In this document: in pieces, positions 59,867 to 64,000 of the stretch | How the letters are laid out: the number at the start of each line of letters is the position of its first letter | Numbering within the stretch: position 1 is the first letter of the stretch | Source of the DNA: Candidatus Dojkabacteria bacterium | Lineage (GTDB): Bacteria; Patescibacteriota; Dojkabacteria; GCA-002793355 | Length of the DNA: 64,000 nucleotides | NCBI GenBank assembly: GCA_030583825.1 | Contig: CP129477.1 | Location: 138,259 to 202,258, forward strand | Direction of reading: 5' to 3' | The notes under the pieces: model-generated | Told to the model about the DNA's origin: nothing | Databases searched by the model: none | The model's input: the letters and a program-made list of their open reading frames with translations, nothing else | Position numbers and translations under genes: made by a program

Positions 59867-61019
59867 ACTCCCGTTTTATCAAACAATCCGATTCAAGCTG
59901 ACACTCTTCTACTCTTTTGTGCTTTTTCTTTTCTCAAGCGTAATTGTACTTTCATTGAACTTATATATGAATGATTATTTGCAGAATGACCCATCCCTCA
60001 ATGACAGGATCATGTTTATTATCCCCCGCCCTAGAAACGATTTATTTAATCAACTGACATTGGAAGACAAACTATTTATCAGACAACAGCGTCTTAATGA
60101 TTTACAGCAAATGCAAGAACTCAGTATTTTGCTTCTTGCTCCAATTGCCATTACAAGTTTCGTGCTTGGCTACATTGTTTCTGGAAGATTTCTTGAGCCT
60201 ATCACAAAATTAAACACGGAAATTGACCAAATGACCGACACGACAATTGGAAAAACTATCCCTGTGGAAATTCAGGACGAAGTTGGATCGCTTGTTCAAA
60301 GCTTTAACAAGCTTTCTTTACGTCTCAAAGACTCATTCGAGGCGCAGAAACGTTTTGTACAGGATGCTTCGCATGAGATAAAAACTCCACTAACGGTTAT
60401 TCAAACTAATCTCGATACCGTATTGGATGATCCAAAAGCAACAAAAGAAGAACTCTCAACCGCAATTGAGCAGGCACTTCTCGCCGTAAAACATTTACGA
60501 AAACTTACTGACTATCTGCTTACATTAACAATGCCTTCTCAGCGATCATTAAAGAAAGTGAATGTGTCAAAAATAACCGAATCACAAATTGAACTTTTGA
60601 AGTCATACGCACAAGAATACAATGTACGACTTACGCAAGACGTAGAAGAAGACCTATACATAAAAGGTGACTCTTATGCGCTCGAGCAGGCAATTAAAAA
60701 TGTCATTGAGAACGCCATAAAGTATTCTTCTGAACATAAAGATGCCACAGTTATTATTCATGCTAAACAGGAGAATAATTCAGTAATTATGACAATTCAT
60801 GACAATGGAAAAGGTATTCCAGCAGAAACACTTCCAAAAATATTCGAGCGGTTTTATCGAGTTGATAAATCCAGAAACAGTAAAACCGGGGGATTTGGCT
60901 TAGGTCTCGCAATTACAAAAAAAATAGTCACTGAGCATTCAGGAACAATCGGCGCAAAAAGTGAACCAGGAAATACAGTATTTACACTAACATTCCCTGC
61001 ATTTGACGAAAAGAATTAA
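59853..61019 (+). CDS. Sensor histidine kinase
   Basis: It has two TM helices, an H-box HEIKTPLTVI, and a G2 box GGFGLGLAITKKIV. It overlaps the response-regulator gene stop. Confidence 0.85.
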   Translation: MSSIKLPFYQTIRFKLTLFYSFVLFLFSSVIVLSLNLYMNDYLQNDPSLNDRIMFIIPRPRNDLFNQLTLEDKLFIRQQRLNDLQQMQELSILLLAPIAITSFVLGYIVSGRFLEPITKLNTEIDQMTDTTIGKTIPVEIQDEVGSLVQSFNKLSLRLKDSFEAQKRFVQDASHEIKTPLTVIQTNLDTVLDDPKATKEELSTAIEQALLAVKHLRKLTDYLLTLTMPSQRSLKKVNVSKITESQIELLKSYAQEYNVRLTQDVEEDLYIKGDSYALEQAIKNVIENAIKYSSEHKDATVIIHAKQENNSVIMTIHDNGKGIPAETLPKIFERFYRVDKSRNSKTGGFGLGLAITKKIVTEHSGTIGAKSEPGNTVFTLTFPAFDEKN

Positions 61020-61047
61020 TAGACTTCCCACGTATCAAAGGTAAAAT

Positions 61048-61386
61048 GTGATACCATTATCTATGGCGGTAACAGCATTCCAACAAAAAGTATATGATGC
61101 CTTGCAAAGAGTTCCAAAAGGACAGGTCACTACGTATAAATACCTTGCCCATGCAATTGGCAGCAAAGCATATAGAGCTATTGGAACCGCAATGAAAGTT
61201 AATCCTTTTGCCCCCGAAGTTCCCTGTCACCGCGTTGTTGCAAATGACGGCTCTATTGGCGGGTTCATGGGCCACAAAACAGGAGAAACAATTGATAAAA
61301 AGATACAGATGCTCGCCGACGAAGGAGTTATCGTAAAAAATAGAAAAGTTGTAAATTTCGAAAAGATTGTATGGAAGGGAGACTAA
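61048..61386 (+). CDS. Methylated-DNA--protein-cysteine methyltransferase (MGMT) DNA-binding/active-site domain protein
   Basis: The PCHRV active-site motif is present as VPCHRVV, and the product is 112 aa. Confidence 0.75.
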   Translation: MIPLSMAVTAFQQKVYDALQRVPKGQVTTYKYLAHAIGSKAYRAIGTAMKVNPFAPEVPCHRVVANDGSIGGFMGHKTGETIDKKIQMLADEGVIVKNRKVVNFEKIVWKGD

Positions 61387-62099
61387 CAGCAAAAGCTGTC
61401 ATGCAAGAACTTGAGCAATATATCATCCCAGAAAAAGCAGCCTTTTTCCCAAGATTTTTCAAAACAGGAAAAGGACAATACGGCGAAGGAGATCTTTTTA
61501 TTGGAGTAACAGTGCCTTCACAGCACAAAGTTGCGCGAATGTTTAAAATGCTTCCTTTGGCGGAAATTCAGAAACTCCTCGATTCTAAGATTCACGAGCA
61601 TCGCCTTACTGGAATTATGATCTTGTGCCTTCAGTATGCTAAAGCAAAAACTGTCGAAGAAAAACATCCGTTTATTGATTTTTACCTCAAAAATACATAT
61701 CGAGTAAACAATTGGGATCTTGTTGACTCATCTGCGCATATTGTTGGGCTTTGGGAAATTGAAACAGGAGAAGAGTTGCTTGAAAAACTATCTCGGTCAG
61801 AAATGTTATGGGAGCAGCGTATCAGCATTGTTGGGACATACCCAATGATCAAAGCAAACAAACTAGCATTGACTTTCAAAATTGCCGAATCATTTCTCAC
61901 TCATAAGCATGATCTTATGCATAAAGCTGTTGGCTGGATGCTTCGAGAAGCTGGAAAACGAGATATTTCTTTACTTGTAAGCTTTTTAGATAGATTTGCG
62001 ACTAAAATGCCTCGAACAATGCTCCGCTATGCGATTGAAAAGTTTCCAGAGGATCAACGCCAGTATTATCTAAAGCTCCGCTCTGTAAACACAAAATAG
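61371..62099 (+). CDS. DNA alkylation repair protein (AlkD/AlkC-like HEAT-repeat glycosylase)
   Basis: The product begins ...IIPEKAAFFPRFFKTGKGQYGEGDLFIGVTVP and is 242 aa, fitting the AlkD family. Confidence 0.6.
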   Translation: MEGRLTAKAVMQELEQYIIPEKAAFFPRFFKTGKGQYGEGDLFIGVTVPSQHKVARMFKMLPLAEIQKLLDSKIHEHRLTGIMILCLQYAKAKTVEEKHPFIDFYLKNTYRVNNWDLVDSSAHIVGLWEIETGEELLEKLSRSEMLWEQRISIVGTYPMIKANKLALTFKIAESFLTHKHDLMHKAVGWMLREAGKRDISLLVSFLDRFATKMPRTMLRYAIEKFPEDQRQYYLKLRSVNTK

Positions 62100-62279
62100 A
62101 AAGCTTTTATTATATCCTTGCTTACTATCCCGATAGTGAAATCCTAGACTGCTCATAGTCACCTATATAAATGCAGTTACAAGACATATTGCTAGGAATA
62201 TTTTCCCAAACGAATACGTCGTGTTATTCTTACTCTTTTTGCTTTTAAATAACCCTATAGAGGTGTATAATCATCCTAC

Positions 62280-62981
62280 ATGAGTAATACTATCTACCGG
62301 CAGTCTTTTTCTAATAATGGAAGGAAAGCCTACGAGATCACAATTGACGTTGAAGAAACACACTTTTATGAGGCATCTGTTCAGCATTATGCTAATATTC
62401 CGACGCAAACGATAGAAGCTCCACAGGCACAAATTTCGGCAAAAAATAAATACCTTACCTATTTGCCTATTCAGCCACGAGAGGTTTCAAAAATTATTGC
62501 AACAAATCCTAAAGAAATGCCGCTTGCGCTCTTTTACCTGACAAATATGATTTCACGAGAAGATAAAATCCATGCAATGAACTTCTTGCTCTCAGCACAT
62601 GCCGATGTAGAAAATACAATTTTCCAAACATATCTGAACACTCCTCTGCCAACGCATATTCTTGGGTACAGAACAATTCATCAACTGAGAGAAGCTTCAA
62701 ATGCAGAAACGAAAGCCGTCATTCAGGCAACTGGACTACTCATGAATAAAGAGATAGAAATTACACCACAGTCTTTGTCATGGGTAATCGGCGAAGATCT
62801 CAGAAACGAATATGATGGACTTATAGCAGCAGTAACACAGGCATATGCAGTGTTGTGGAGACATAATGATCTCTTTTCACAGTTTTATGCAAAGGCTGTG
62901 ACGTCTTTGCTCCCATCGCTAACACTGCCCGGGACATTGGGAATTGCAGAAAACGGCGAGCTTGTATCACAGCCAACATAG
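62280..62981 (+). CDS. Hypothetical protein (233 aa)
   Basis: This is ORF-only evidence. A possible upstream promoter lies about 62255-62270. Confidence 0.4.
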   Translation: MSNTIYRQSFSNNGRKAYEITIDVEETHFYEASVQHYANIPTQTIEAPQAQISAKNKYLTYLPIQPREVSKIIATNPKEMPLALFYLTNMISREDKIHAMNFLLSAHADVENTIFQTYLNTPLPTHILGYRTIHQLREASNAETKAVIQATGLLMNKEIEITPQSLSWVIGEDLRNEYDGLIAAVTQAYAVLWRHNDLFSQFYAKAVTSLLPSLTLPGTLGIAENGELVSQPT

Positions 62982-63016
62982 CGATACAATAGACCAATTC
63001 ACATAACAAAATACTT

Positions 63017-64000
63017 ATGGCATTACCATTCACAGAACGTTTTACTGCATTTTTCACAAAAGAAGGACGCTTAGGACTTATAAAAAATGTCTCTATCGTA
63101 TTCACTGGAAGTGTTTTCAGCCGCGCATTAAACCTTCTTGTATTCGTTTTGCTTGCGCGAGGACTCACCGTTGAACAATACGGGATTTTAACTGTTCTCT
63201 TGTCTGTAACCACAACAATGGCCGATCTTGTAAATTCTGGATTAACCGCTTCAACAATGCGGCAAACAGCGTTACTTAATGGCAAAGATCAAAAAGCTCG
63301 AATAGGAAATCTCCTCAGTACAGTAATGATTAATTCTTTTGTAATCACAATTGTTACTGCGTTTATAGTGTTTATTCTTGCTGCTCCGCTTTCAGACGTT
63401 CTCTTTAAAGCTGACTACAAGCTCTTAATTATTGCATCTGCATGTGGATTGTTCACAACGTTCATGTACGGACATATTTACAGCACACTTCACGGATTAC
63501 AAGATTTTACTGGAATGCTTATTTACTCAGTTGGATTTGGACTCGAACGATTGCTTCCAATTTCATTGCTATTCTTTTCTGGAAATCTGAATATTGGCAC
63601 AATTGTTATTCTTTTTACAGTGACACCTTTTATTCCATTGCTTTTTGGCTTTTACAGAATCAAATCGAAGTTTGGAGTTCCATTTACCTTCCCCACATAC
63701 GATCGTCCGCTAATGAAAGAGATGCTTGGATTTGGAGGATGGATGACATTATGGTCTGTTGTTGCAATCGTGCAGTCAAGAATGGATGTATTTCTTCTCG
63801 CCTCTTTAACAAGCACTGTCCAAGCATCTTTTTATGATGTTGCACAAAAAATGTCCTCAATTTTAAGTATGGGAGTTGGTGCATACGCAAACGTTATCAA
63901 CCCTAAAATAGCAACCTATACAAATAAAGAAAAGATTCTTCAGGAAATGAGAAAGATTATAAAAGTCACCGTTGCAATGACTTTTGGTCTTGTTGTTGGA
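63017..64000 (+). CDS. Polysaccharide/oligosaccharide flippase (Wzx/MOP-superfamily), 5' portion running off the window
   Basis: The ATG is at 63017 and the product has multiple TM helices. LNLLVFVLLARGLTVEQYGILTVLLSV...LTASTMRQ matches the polysaccharide-biosynthesis protein family. Confidence 0.6.
   Translation, partial: MALPFTERFTAFFTKEGRLGLIKNVSIVFTGSVFSRALNLLVFVLLARGLTVEQYGILTVLLSVTTTMADLVNSGLTASTMRQTALLNGKDQKARIGNLLSTVMINSFVITIVTAFIVFILAAPLSDVLFKADYKLLIIASACGLFTTFMYGHIYSTLHGLQDFTGMLIYSVGFGLERLLPISLLFFSGNLNIGTIVILFTVTPFIPLLFGFYRIKSKFGVPFTFPTYDRPLMKEMLGFGGWMTLWSVVAIVQSRMDVFLLASLTSTVQASFYDVAQKMSSILSMGVGAYANVINPKIATYTNKEKILQEMRKIIKVTVAMTFGLVVG

Noticed and set aside
1-64000. The possibility of an alternative genetic code (UGA recoding, as in Gracilibacteria or Absconditabacteria).
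   Set aside because: Conserved genes have normal lengths. TGA is used as a stop at the sortase, and TAA and TAG are also seen as stops. No in-frame TGA was found in conserved cores.

Overview
This is a low-GC, gene-dense 64 kb window that looks like a reduced genome of a Candidate Phyla Radiation (CPR)/Patescibacteria-like organism. The lineage is an inference from gene content only. The standard genetic code appears to apply, because TAA, TAG and TGA are all seen as stop codons. There are three long co-directional gene strings. (1) The minus strand from 11390 to 1 holds groES, two small membrane proteins, a VirB6-like polytopic membrane protein, a 931-aa membrane protein with a C-terminal M23-like cell-wall hydrolase domain, two secreted or anchored proteins, pcrA, a 3D-domain protein, and fusA after a 228-bp gap. 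(2) The minus strand from 30356 to 16259 holds dnaJ, nusA, infB, a degenerate DHH-like protein with a Pro/Gln-rich tail, rpsO, pnp, an orphan Lon-like AAA+ module, RNase J, an FtsA-like protein, and a 638-aa membrane protein. (3) The plus strand from 30384 to 41901 holds a sortase, a solute-binding-like protein, a 1157-aa cadherin-like surface protein, alaS, ruvX, mltG, an LCP protein, and a holA-like gene. The window also contains two tRNA-Ser genes and a type IV secretion-like core. That core is a PrgI/VirB3-like protein followed by a VirB4 ATPase interrupted by a single in-frame TAA. A second membrane/hydrolase module that could belong to the same apparatus lies 36 kb away, and no VirD4 or relaxase is present. 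Further along are a tRNA-adjacent HNH endonuclease islet, a DNA-repair group (UDG-like, MGMT, AlkD-like) around a two-component system, murA, pheA, and a partial Wzx-like flippase. No CRISPR array, rRNA, transposase or phage structural genes were recognised. All domain calls come from reading the translated ORFs by eye. No database search was run.
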